From the NCBI RefSeq assembly GCF_963921235.1, contig NC_086108.1, positions 3,720,001 to 3,784,000 of the forward strand: a stretch of DNA of 64,000 nucleotides, in the 5' to 3' direction. Below the pieces are notes generated by a model. The model did no database searches, had not been told where the DNA came from, and worked only from the letters and a program-made list of their open reading frames with translations. A program made the position numbers and the translations under genes. Positions 13,101 to 24,995 of this stretch are shown piece after piece. Every line of letters begins with the position of its first letter. Position 1 is the first letter of the stretch. Source of the stretch: Mobula hypostoma (lineage: Eukaryota).

Positions 13101-13383
13101 TTCCATCTCCTATGAGACCATAAGAGATAGGAGCACTAGGCTATTTGGCCCATTGGTTCTGCTCTGCCATTCAATCATGGCTGATTTTCTATCCCTCTCA
13201 ACCTCATTCTCCTCATAACCTTTGACACCCTTACTAACCAAGAACCTAGAAACCTCTGCCTTAAATATACCCAATGACCTGCGTCCACAGACATCTGTGA
13301 CAATGAATTTCACAGATTCACCACTCTCTGGTTGAAATTCTTCCTCATCTCCATTCTAAATGGACGTCCCTCTCTTCTGAGGC

Positions 13384-15330
13384 TCTGGTCCTAGACTCCC
13401 CCACTATAGGAAACATCCTCTCCATATCCACTCTATCTGTGCCCTCTGGTCCTAGACTCTCCCAGTATAGGAAACATCCTCTCCACATCTACTCTATCTG
13501 CGCCCTCTGGTCCTAGACTCCCCCCCACTATAGGAAACATCCTCTCCACATCCACTCTAACTGTGCCCTCTGGTCCTAGACTCCCCCACTGTAGGAATCA
13601 TCCTCTCCGCATCCACTCTATCTGTGTCCTCTGGTCCTAGACTCCCCCACTTGAGGAAACATCCTCTCCAAATCCACTCTATCTGTGTCCTCTGGTCCTA
13701 GACTCCCCCATTATAGGAAACATCCTCTCCACATCCATTCTATCTGTGTCCTCTGGTCCTAGACTCCCCCACTACAGGAAACATCCTCTCCACATCCACT
13801 CTGTCTGTGTCCTCTGGTCCTAGACTCCCCCATTATAGGAAAGATCCTCTCCACATCCACTCTATCTGTGTCCTCTGGTCCTAGACTCCCCCATTATAGG
13901 AAAGATCCTCTCCACATCCACTCTATCTGTGTCCTCTGGTCCTAGACTCCCCCATTATAGGAAATATCCTCTCCACATCCACTCTATCTGTGCCCTCTGG
14001 TCCTAGACTCCCTCACTGTAGGAAACATCCTCTCCACATCCACTCTATCTGTGCCCTCTGGTCCTAGACTCCCCCACTGTAGGAATCATCCTCTCCGCAT
14101 CCACTCTATCTGTGCCCTCTGGTCCTAGACTCCCCCACTTTAGGAAACATCCTCTCCAAATCCACTCTATCTGTGTCCTCTGGTCCTAGACGCCCCCATT
14201 ATAGGAAATATCCTCTCCACATCCACTCTATCTGTGCCCTCTGGTCCTAGACTCCCTCACTGTAGGAAACATCCTCTCCACATCCACTCTATCTGTGCCC
14301 TCTGGTCCTAGACTCCCCCACTGTAGGAATCATCCTCTCCGCATCCACTCTATCTGTGCCCTCTGGTCCTAGACTCCCCCACTTTAGGAAACATCCTCTC
14401 CAAATCCACTCTATCTGTGTCCTCTGGTCCTAGACGCCCCCATTATAGGAAATATCCTCTCCACATCCACTCTATCTGTGCCCTCTGGTCCTAGACTCCC
14501 TCACTGTAGGAAACATCCTCTCCACATCCACTCTATCTGTGCTCTCTGGTCCTAGACTCCCCCACTTTAGGAAACATCCTCTCCACATCCACTCTATCTG
14601 TGCCCTCTGGTCCTAGACTCCCTCACTATAGGAAACATCCTCTCCACATCCACTCTATCTGCGCCCTCTGGTCCTAGACTCCACCACTACAGGAAACATC
14701 CTCTCTATATCCACTCTATCTGTGCCCTCTGGTCCTAGACTCCCCTACTTTAGGAAACATCCTCTCTATATCCACTCTATCTGTGCCCTCTGGTCCTAGA
14801 CTCCCCCACTTTAGGAAACATCCTCTCCACATCCACTCTATCTGTGTCCTCTGGTCCTAGACTCCCTCACTATAGGAAACATCCTCTCCACATCCACTCT
14901 ATCTGTGCCCTCTGGTCCTAGACTCCCTCACTGTAGGAAACATCCTCTCTACATCCACCCTAACTGTGTCCTCTGGTCCTAGACTCCCCCATTATAGGAA
15001 ATATCCTCTCCACATCCACTCTATCTGTGCCCTCTGGTCCTAGACTCCCTCACTGTAGGAAACATCCTCTCCACATCCACTCTATCTGTGCCCTCTGGTC
15101 CTAGACTCCCCCACTATAGGAAACATCCTCTCCACATCCACTCTATCTGTGCCCTCTGGTCCTAGACTCCCTCACTGTAGGAAACATCCTCTCCACATCC
15201 ACTCTATCTGTGTCCTCTGGTCCTAGACTCCACCACTACAGGAAACATCCTCTCCACATCCACTCTATCTGTGTCCTCTGGTCCTGGACTCCACCACTAC
15301 AGGAAACATCCTCTCTATATCCACTCTATC
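13384..15330. repeat. 61-bp minisatellite, about 32 copies, derived from a CR1 3' segment
   Basis: Unit ctctggtcctagactcccccactataggaaacatcctctccacatccactctatctgtgcc shifts 1 nt per 60-nt line. It sits inside a minus-strand CR1 fragment (13110-15480). Confidence 0.95.
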
Positions 15331-15336
15331 TAGGCT

Positions 15337-15416
15337 CAGGGTTTCCAACCTGGTATCCACAAACCCCTTGCTTAATGGTATTGATCCATGGCATAAAAAA
15401 GGGTTGGGAACCCCTG
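15337..15416. mobile_element. About 80-bp hAT-like MITE
   Basis: TIRs cagggtttccaacc...ggttgggaacccctg. Related copies at about 8570-8650, 16743-16821 and 51663-51720. Confidence 0.65.
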
Positions 15417-15869
15417 CTCTAAGCCTCTCAATATTCAGTAGGTTTCAATGAGACCCCCTTGACATTCTTTGAAACTGTGGTGGGTATGACCAACACAGTC
15501 AGAGGAAGTGCTGGGTGTAGCTTCCGGCACTGACATAGCATGCCCACAACTTACTCACCCTGTACTGAGTATTCTTGGACTGTGGGAGGAAACCAAAGCA
15601 GCAGGAGGAAACCCACGCAACCACAGGGAGAAGGTACAAATGAACCGTGACCGTACGGCTGGCGCTGAAATTGTTACGCTAACCGCTACGGTTCCATGAC
15701 ACTGGGGGCATGAGTGGTATTGTTTCACTACCGTTACTTGTCATGTTCTGTTGTCTTGTGTTCTCTGCCGAGCATTGTGGGCGTGCCAGGTTTTCAATTT
15801 GGTGTCTCCTTCACTGAGAGTCAGCATTGGTCACAGGTGGGATGGGGTGTGGTGATGGGTAAATGAGGC

Positions 15870-16660
15870 TTGATAGGGCACAGCCTTCAGCCAATTTGCA
15901 GAGGACACCTAGACTGAGGGTGCGGTGAACAGCAAGGAAGGCTATCGAAGAATAGTTGGACACCGAGGAGTGTGGTAGAACAAAGGGATCTGAGAATACA
16001 GCTCCATCATTTGTTGAAAGTGGCAGCACAGGTAGACAGGGTTGTATAGAGAGCTTTTGGCACGTTGGCCTTCAGAAATCAAATTGCTGAGTACAGGAGA
16101 TGGGATTTATGTTGAAGATGATTAGGACATCGGTGGGTCACCCACCCACAGGAAAGATGTAAATAAGGTTGAAAGAGTACGGAGAAAATTTACAAAGTTT
16201 CTGCTGAGACTGGAGGACCGGAGTTATCAGGAAAGGTTGAATGGGTTCGGACTTCACTCCCTGGAGTGAAGGAGAAAGAGAGGGGATTTGATAGAGGTGT
16301 ACAAAATTATGAGAGGTATAGATAGGGTAAATGCAAACAGGATTTTTCCACTGAGGTTGGGTGAAACCAGAACTCAAAGTCATAGATTAAGGGTGAAAGA
16401 TGAAATATTTCTGGAGAACCTGAGGGAGGGGGATTCTTCACTCTCAGAGGGTGGTGTGAAAGTGGAATGAGCTAACAACAGAGTGGTGGATGTGGGTTCA
16501 ATTGCAAGATTTAAAAGAAATTTGGATGTACATGGATGGGAGGGAGATAAAGACTATGGTCCTGTTGTGAGTCAATGGGATGAGGCAGAAGAATAGGTTG
16601 GCATGGACTAGATGGGCTGAAGGGCCTGTTTCCACACTGTAGAGCTCTTTGACTCTATTA
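15870..16660 (+). mobile_element. CR1 LINE RT 3' fragment
   Basis: IEVYKIMRGIDRVNANRIFPLRLGETRTQSHRL followed by a CR1 tail. Confidence 0.75.
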
Positions 16661-16742
16661 AGGGAAGGAATTGAGATATGAGGTTAATATTTGATCTCCC
16701 AATTTACCTTGCTATGGCCCTTGCACTCTGCTGTCTACTAAC

Positions 16743-16821
16743 CAGGGGTTTCCCAACTGGGGTCCACAGACGCCTTGCTTAACGCTGTTGGTCCATGGCA
16801 TGGAAAGGTTGGGAATCCCTG
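16743..16821. mobile_element. About 80-bp hAT-like MITE
   Basis: TIRs caggggtttcccaac...ggttgggaatccctg. Confidence 0.65.
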
Positions 16822-16879
16822 GATCGTAGCTGCTGCATGACACGGATGAAAGAAAGATAGAGGGCTATGGGGGGATCAG

Positions 16880-17345
16880 CACACACAAAATGCTGGGGGA
16901 ACTCAGCAGGCCAGGAAAAGAGTGCAGTCTATGTTTCGTGCTGAAACACAGTGGCAGGATTGGAGAAAAACAGCTGAGGAGTAGATTTAAAATGTGGGGG
17001 CGGAGGAGAGAAACACAAGGTGATAGGTGAAACCTGAAGAGGGAGGGGATGAAATAAAGAACTGGGAAGTAAGCTGGTGAAAGTGACAGAAGGCCATGGA
17101 AGAAAGAAAAAGAGGGGAAGAGCACCAGAGGGAGGGGATGGACCAGCAAGGAGATAAGGAGGGAGCGGGAAAAGGGGATGGAAAATGGTGAAGGAGAAGG
17201 GTGTGTGGCATTACCTGAAGTTTGAGAAATCAATATTCGTGCCATCAGGTTGGAGGCTACCCAAATGGAAAACAAAGTGCTGTCCCTCCAACCTAAGTGT
17301 GGCCTCATCGTGACAGTGGAGGAGACCATGGATAGACGTATGGAA
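16880..17345 (-). mobile_element. Penelope-derived fragment (GIY-YIG C-terminus plus 3' region)
   Basis: Reverse complement of the ...FHLGSLQPDGTNIDFSNFR-type segment also seen at 51721-51812. Confidence 0.6.
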
Positions 17346-18289
17346 TTAAAATGGCAATGTGGGATGGAACTATTCGATTGATCTTAAAGGTCAGAACTGT
17401 TACGTTCTGTAGCTTTGAGACATTAAACTAGTTCAAAGGAAGACACAGGAGTCTGAAGTGCAGGCCTTACTTTGTGTTTCCTTAAGCTGGGTGCTCACGC
17501 GTCATGTGGTAGCGTGATGACATATGCATTTCAAGTATCTTCACACGTCAGAATCAGCTTTAATATCATCAGCGTATGTCGTGAAATTTGTTAACTTTAC
17601 GACAGCAGTACAATGAAATACATGGTAAATAAATACAGAGGGAAAACCTGAGTTATATTAAGTATATATATGTTTATTAAATAGTTAAGTTAAAACAAGT
17701 CGTACAAAAAAACAGAAATAAAAAAAAGTAGTGAGGTAGTGTTCATGGGTTCAATGCCCATTCCGAATTGGGACGGCAGGGGGGAAGAACCTGTTCCTGA
17801 ATCATTGAGTGTGTGGCCATACAATTTGAGAGCTATTAGTAGATGAATGGCCTCCTAATTAAATAAATAGATAAGAGCAGAGCAACTTCTACATTAAAAT
17901 ACTAAAAGTTTTGAATATTTCCAAAACACCACAATACGGTAAATAGCGAAGCTGAAACAAGGGGGTGAATAACTTCTAATTTCCATCTTCATAACAGAAT
18001 TTTTAAAATTCTTTTTTTAATTTTATTCTTTTTTTATTAACGAAATACCTCAAGATTCAAGTTTGTTTAATGTCATTTCCAGTGCCCAAGTGGTGCAGCA
18101 TGATAGTGTCGTGGTTAGCATGACCCTTTACAGTCCCAGCTTCCCAGGTTCAATTCCCACCTCTGCCTATAAGGAGTTCCTACATTCTTCCCATGACAAT
18201 GTGGGTTTCTTCCAAGTGCTCTGGATTCCTCCACAGTCTAAAGACAATTTACTAGTTGGTAGGTTAATTGGTCACTGTAAATTGCGTGC

Positions 18290-19335
18290 AGCTAAAAAGT
18301 AATTAGAAGGGAAAAGATGAAATATGAAAGCAAGCTAGCAAATAATATCAAAGTGATATAGTAAAAGATTTTTCAAGTATGTTAAAAATAAAAGAGAAAT
18401 GAGAGTGGATATAGGACCACTAGAAAATGAGGCCAGAGAAATAATAACAGGGGACAAGGAGATGGTTGATGAACTAAATGAGTATTTTGCATCAGTCTTC
18501 ACTGTGGAAGACACGAGCAGTGTACCAGATGTGATGTGTGAAGGAAGAGAAGTGGGTGCAGTTACTATCACAAGAGAGAAGGTGCTTAAAAAGCTGAAAG
18601 ACCTAAACGTACATAAGTCACCTGGACCAGATGAACTGCACCCTAGGGTTCTGAAAGATATAGCGTTAGAGATTGTAGTGGCATTAGAAATGATCTTTCA
18701 AAAATCATTGGACTCTGGCATGGTGCTGGAGGACTGGAAAATTGCAAATGGAAATTATAGACCAGTTAGCTTGACCTCAATGGTTGGGAAGATGTTAGAG
18801 TCAATTGTTGAGAATGAGGTGATGGAATATTTGGTAACACAGGACAAGACAGTACAAAGTCAGCATGGTTTTCTTCAGGGAAAATCCACCCTGATGAACC
18901 TGTTGGAATTCTTTGAGGAGATTACAAGTAGGATAGATAAAGGAGAAGCAGTGGTTGTTGTATATTAGGACTTTCAGTAGGCTTTTGACAAGGTGCCACA
19001 CATGAGGCTTATTACCAAGTTAAGAGCCCATGGTATTACAGGAAAGTTACTCACATGGTTAGAGCATTGGCTGATTGGTAGGAGGCAGCAAGTGGGAATA
19101 AAAGGATCCTTTTCTGGTTGGATGCCAGTGACCAGTGGTGTTCTACAGGGGTCGGTGTTGGGACCACTTCTTTTTATGCTGTATATAAAAGATTTAGATG
19201 ATGGAATAGACGGGGAGAAGGTTGGGAACTGGGGTTGAGGAGGAGTGAGAAAAGGATCAGCCATGATTGAACGGTGGAGCAGACTCTTTGGGCCAAATGG
19301 CCTAATTTTGCTCCTATGTCTTATGGTCTATGGTC
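18290..19335 (+). mobile_element. CR1 LINE ORF2 fragment nested inside a V-SINE
   Basis: Encodes NEYFASVFT, KSPGPDELHPRVLK, NYRPVSLTS and QGSVLGPLLF. The SINE at 18090-18285 resumes at about 19338, with aattg duplicated at both junctions. Confidence 0.85.
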
Positions 19336-20086
19336 TAATTGTCTTGTGATTAGGCTAGGGTTAAATCGGAGATTGCTGTTTGTCACGGCTCGAAGGACCG
19401 ATAGGGCCTGTTCTGTAGTGTATACTAATAAGTAAATAAAGGAGATGAAATAATTGTTATTCTGTATCTGATGCAGCGCAAAAAAACACTAAAAGGTAAA
19501 GAACATACGAATAAAAAACACAATAAATATAAATGCTTAAGACATAAGATAGCTTATATACGAATGGATTGTCCATAACGGTACAGGAGTGTCTGTATGT
19601 GAGGTGTCTCTGACAGGAAATGATAAAGTCATGGTGGTGAGGGGGTGTGGAGGGGTGGGTTAGTGGGTGGAGGTGTCGATCAGCCTCACTGCTTGGGGAA
19701 AGTCACTGTTTTTGAGTCTGGTCGTCCTGCCGTGGATACTATTGAGCATCCTCCCCAATGGGAGCGGAACAAACAGTCCATGAGCAGGGTGGGTGATGTT
19801 CATGACATTACTGGGCCGTTCCGGCAACCCTTCTGATTGTGCCTTTGATGGTGGGTAGGCCAGTGCAGGTGATGTGCAGGCAGTTTTGACTCCTCGTTGT
19901 TGAGAATTCCTGTGTCCCACAGTGCAGTTTGACCCCCGTTGTGGAACCGTCCTGTGTCCCACAGTACGGTTTCTGTACCCTGCAGTGATGCGGTTTGTTA
20001 GGATGCTCTCTGTTGTGCATCAGTAAATAGTTGTGTGCATGGATGTCCATGGGTCAGCTCTTGTGGAGAGCTAAAGTGCAATAGCA

Positions 20087-20379
20087 GGGCGGCTCGGTAG
20101 TGTAGTGGTTGGCACAATGCTTTACAGTACAGGGGACCCGGGTCCAATTGCCGTCACTGCCTGTAAGGAGTTCGTACGTTCTCCCCGTGACCGTGTGGGT
20201 TTCCTCCGGGTGCTCCGGTTTCCTCCCACAGTCCAAAGACGTACAGGTTGTACAACTGATTGGTAACAACTGGGAGTCATTGTAAACTGACCTGCGATTA
20301 GGCTAGGATTAAATCAGAGTTGCTGGGTGGTGGGGCTTGAGATGCTGGAAGGGACTATTCAGTGCTGAATGAAAATAAA
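20087..20379 (+). mobile_element. tRNA-derived V-SINE (HE1-like)
   Basis: A-box/B-box-like head, then V-domain gtgggtttcctccgggtgctccggtttcctcccacagtccaaagac, then an A-rich tail. It ends about 60 nt before the exon 2 acceptor. Confidence 0.8.
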
Positions 20380-20442
20380 GCTGAAGTCTGGAATTGGGGA
20401 ATATTTTATGAATGTAATTGACTGGCCTGATTTCTGCCTCAG

Positions 20443-20594
20443 CAACTCCACGGAAACAGCGCAGGGAGAGAACGACCTTCACCCGTGCACAGCTGGACAT
20501 CCTGGAGTCTCTCTTCGCCAAGACTCGCTACCCTGACATCTTCATGCGGGAAGAGGTGGCACTAAAGATCAATCTCCCCGAGTCCAGAGTTCAG
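20443..20594 (+). CDS. otx5: Otx5/Crx coding exon 2 (152 nt), homeodomain helices 1-3 start
   Basis: Acceptor tttctgcctcAG (20441-20442), then (T)[50 protein letters not shown], then donor CAG|GTAAGA. Exons 1+2 total 249 nt, so the frame is preserved. Confidence 0.96.
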
Positions 20595-21292
20595 GTAAGA
20601 GATGGGTTTGGGGCACACTTCAGAGCTGGTGCAGGGTTTGAGGGACTCAGAGGCATAGGCTTGGATTGGCGACGTCGCCAAAATGGATGGTGTAGTACTC
20701 AATGTGGAAGATTATGTGATGATCTGGGGAGGAGAGCCAGGAATGGCAGGTGGAATTCAACTGGGACGAGAGACGTGTGGTATTCCAGTTTTTTTATTTC
20801 GAGATCCAGCATAGTAACAGGCCCTTTTGGCCCAATGAATCTGCGTCCATAAGATATAGGAGCAGAATCAGGCCATTCAGCCCATCGAGTATGCTTCACC
20901 ATTTCATCATGGTTGATACATTTTCCATCTCAGCCCCAATCTCCTGCCTTCTCCCCATTCATGCCCTGACTAATCAAGAATCTATCAACCTCTGCCTTAA
21001 ACATACACAATAACTTGGCCTCCACTGCTGTCCATGGCAACGAATTCCATGGACTCACCACCCTCTGGCTAAAGAAATGTCTCCTCATCTCCGTTCTAAA
21101 CGGATGTTCCTCTATTTCACTGCAACGGGAGACATCCTCTCACATCCACTTTATCGAGGCCTTTCAACATTCGATAGTTTTCAATGAGATTCCCCATCAT
21201 TCTTCTAAATTCCAGCGAGTACAGGCCCAGAGCCATCAAACACTCCTCCTACAATAACCCTTTCATTCCTGCAATCGTTGTCGTCCATTGTT

Positions 21293-24200
21293 GGGAGCAG
21301 GCCAGCAGTGAGAGTAGGAGTGTCAGGCTTTAACGAGAAGAGGCTGAGGCCAAGGAAACAGGTAAGTAGGATAGATTTTTCCTTTTGATATTGCAGATTT
21401 GGTCTTGGTTGCCTATTGTCCAGTGCAGACAGGATGGCAGATATGACAGTGGAATGGTCCTCCTGTAGGATGTGGGAATTTATGGAACCTGAGGGTCTCC
21501 CTGATGACTACACCTGCAGGAGCAGGAAGTGCAGCCACTCCAGTTCCTGAAAGACTGGATTAAGGAGCTGGAGCTGGACAAACTAAGGATCATCCGGGAG
21601 GCAGAGCAATTGATAACGATTTTTGAGTGGGTGGTTACACCCAGAGCGCAGAATTCAGGGAGTAGATGGGTGAACACCAAGACTGGTAAACGGAGAAAGA
21701 AGTCAGTGCAGGGTCCCCCTGTGGCCGTTCCCCTCAGCAACAGGTGACCCCTTTGGATACTGCTGAGGGTATGACCTATCTGGGCAAGGCAGCTGCAGTC
21801 AGACCAATAGCACTGCAGTCGGCTCTGAGCCTCAGAAGGGTAGGGTGAAGTCAGGTGGAGCGATACGGGACAGGTAGGAGATTCTGCAGCAGTAAAAGAG
21901 ACACCAGGTTAGTGTGTTGTCTCCTGGGTGTGAGGGTCCAGGATGTCTCAGAGCGGTTGCTGAATATTCTTGAAGAGGAGGGTGAGCAGCTGGAGGTCGT
22001 GGTATATGTTGGTACCAATGACATAGTCAGGAGAGGGGTAGAGGTCCTGTGCAGTAAGTTTAGGGAGTGAGGAAGAAGGCTGACGAGCAGGACCTCCAAG
22101 GTGCTAATCTCTGGATTACTCCCAGTGCCATGAGCTAGTGAAGGTCAGAACAGGAAGATAGCACAGATGAATGAGTGGCTGGTGCAGGGGGCAGGGTTTC
22201 AATTTCTTAATCATTGGAACCTTTTCTGGGGAAGGTGTGACCTGTACAAGTGGGATGGGTTGCAGCTGAACTGGAAGGGAACCAATATCTTGGGAGGGAG
22301 TTTGTTAATGCTCTTGGGGAGGGTTTAAACTAGATTTGCCGGGGGGGGGGGTGAGAACTGAATTGAAGAGGCAGAGGATGGGGCAGTTTGCACACAAGTA
22401 GAGACAGTTTGTGGTGAGTTTCTGAGGAAGGATAAACAGATGATAGAGCAAAGATGGTTTGAGATGTGTCTATTTTAATGCAAGAGAGTATCAGAGTATT
22501 GACCAATACGTGGAACGATGACGTTTTGGCCATTACGGAGACTTGGGTGTCTCAGGGGCAGGAATGGCTGCTGAGTGTGCCGGGCTTTAGATGTTTCAAA
22601 AAGGACAGGGAGGGAGGCAAAAGAGGTGGGGGTGTAGCACTGCTAATCAGGGATAGTGTCACGACTGCAGAAAAGGAGGAAGTCATGGAGGGATTGTCTA
22701 CTGAGTCATTGTGGGTGGAAGTCAGAAACAGGAAGGGGTAATAACTCTACTGGGTGTTTTTTATAGACCACCTAATAGCAACAGAGGCATCGAGGAGCAA
22801 ATGGGGAGGCAGATTCTGGAACGGAGTAGTGATAATAGGTTGTCGTGATGGGTGATTTTGACTTTCTTAATATTGACTGGCATCTCTTTAGAGCAAGGGG
22901 TTTAGATGAGGTGGACTTTGTTAGGTGTGTTCAAGAAGGTTTCTTGACATAATATGTAGATAAGCCAACTAGAGGAGAGGCTGTACTTGATCTTGTATTG
23001 GGAAATGAACCTGGTCAGATCTCTTGGTGGGAGTGTATACTGGAGTTAGTGATCACAACTCTAGCGCTCAAGAGGGATAGGAGCAGACAATTTGGGAAAA
23101 CATTTGATTGGGGTAAGGGGAAATATGCTATTGGGCAGGAACTTGGGAACATAAATTGGAAGCAGGTGTTCTCAGGGAAATGCACAGCAGAAATGTGGCA
23201 AATGTTCAGGGAACATTTGCATGGAGCTCTGCATGGGTATGTTCCATTGAGGCAGGGAAAGGATGGTAGGGTTAAAGAACCATGGTGTACAAAGGATGTA
23301 GAAAATCTAGTTAAGAAGAAAAGAAAAGCTTACGAAAGGTTCAAGAAGCTAGCTACTGCTAGAGCTCTGGAAAATTACAGGGGTGCCAGGAAGGAGCTCA
23401 AGAATGAAATTAGGGGAGCTGGAAAGAGCCATGAGAAAGCCTTGGTGAGCAGGATTAAAGAAAACCGCAAGACATTCTACAAGTATGTGAAGAGCAAGAG
23501 GATGAGCCTTATGAGAATAGGACCAATCAGGTGAGAGAGTGGAACATGTGCACGGAGTCAGCGGAGGTAGCGGAGGTACTTAATGAATACTTTGCTTCAG
23601 TATTTACCAGGGAAAAAGACCTCGGCAATTGTGGGGATGACTTACAGCAGACTGAAATGCTTGAGCATATAGACGTTAAAAAAGAGGATGTGCTGGAGCT
23701 TTTGAAAAGCATTACGTTAGATAAGTCACTGGGATCAGATGAGATATATTCCCCAGGCTACTGTGGGAAGTGAGGCAAAAGATTGCTGAGCCTCTGGTGA
23801 TGATCTTTACATCATCAATAAGGATGAGAGAAGTACCAGAGGAAATGGAAGGTTGCAAATGTTGTTCCTTTATTCAAGAAAGGGAGTAGAGGTAACCCAG
23901 GAAATTATAGACCAGTGAGTCTTACTTCAGTAGTGGGGAAGTTGTTGGAGAAGATCCTGAGAGGCAGGATTTATGAGTGTTTGGAGAAACATAATCTGAT
24001 TAGGGATAGTCAGTATGGCTTTGTCAAGGGCAGGTCATGCCTTACGAACCTGATTGAGGATGTAAGAAAACACATTGAAGATAGAGCAGTGGATGTAGTG
24101 TATATGGATTTCAGCAAGGCATTTGATAAGGTCCCCATGCAAGACTCATTCAGAAAGTAAGGAAGCATGGGATTCAAGGAGACCCTGCTTTGTGGATCCG

Positions 24201-24995
24201 GAATTAGCTTGCCCACGGAAGGCAAAGGGTTGTTATAGATGGTTCGTATTCTGCATGGAGGTCAGTGACCAATGATATTCCGCAGGGATCTGTTCTGGGA
24301 CCCCTCCTCTTTGTGATTTTTATAAATGACCTGGATGAGGAAGTGGAGGGATGGCTTAGTAAGTTTGCTTATGACACAAAGGTTGGACGTGTTGTGGATA
24401 GTGTGGAGGGCTGTCAGAGGTTACAGAGGGACATTGATGGGATGCAAAACTGGGTTGAGAAGTGGCAGATGGAGTTCAACCCAGATATGTGTGAGGTTGT
24501 TCATTTTGGTAGGTCAAATATGATGGCAGAATATAGTATTAATGGTAAGACTCTTGACAGTATGGAGAATCAGAGGGATCTTGGGGTCCAAGTCCATAAG
24601 GCACTCAAAGCTGCTGTGCAGGTTGACTCTGTGGTTAAGAAGGCATATGGTGCATTGGTCTTCATCAATCGTGGGATTGGTTAAGAGCAGCGAGGTAATG
24701 TTGCAGCTATATAGGACCCTAGTCAGACCCCACTTGGAGTACTGTGCTCAGTTCTGGTCGCCTCACTACAGGAAGGATGTGGAAACCATAGAAAGGGTGC
24801 AGAGGAAATTTACAAGGATGTTGCCTGGATTGGTGGAGGCAGATATGATAGGGTCTTTTAAGAGACTCCTGGATGGATACATGGAGATTAGAAAAATAGA
24901 GGGCTATGGGTAACCCTAGGTAATTTCTAAAGTTGGGACATGTTCGGCACAGCATTGTGGGCCGAAGGGCCTGTATTGTGCTGTAGGGTTTCTAT
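21293..24995 (+). mobile_element. Near full-length CR1 LINE (ORF1 esterase; ORF2 APE endonuclease and RT), inactivated
   Basis: ORF1 starts at ATG 21434 (SCRMWE...YTC; LVCCLLGVRVQDVSERL...YVGTNDI, SGNH-like). ORF2 shows AITETW, PQGSVLGPLLF, FAYDTK and RPHLEYCAQFWSP. Many stops and frameshifts. Confidence 0.92.

Noticed and set aside
20087..20160. tRNA genes
   Set aside because: The A/B-box heads continue into V-domain SINE bodies and no cloverleaf is evident.
20418..20852. ORF-track extensions of the homeobox exons (also 34506-34649 and 4542-4636)
   Set aside because: Otx similarity stops exactly at canonical splice sites, so the extensions are intronic.
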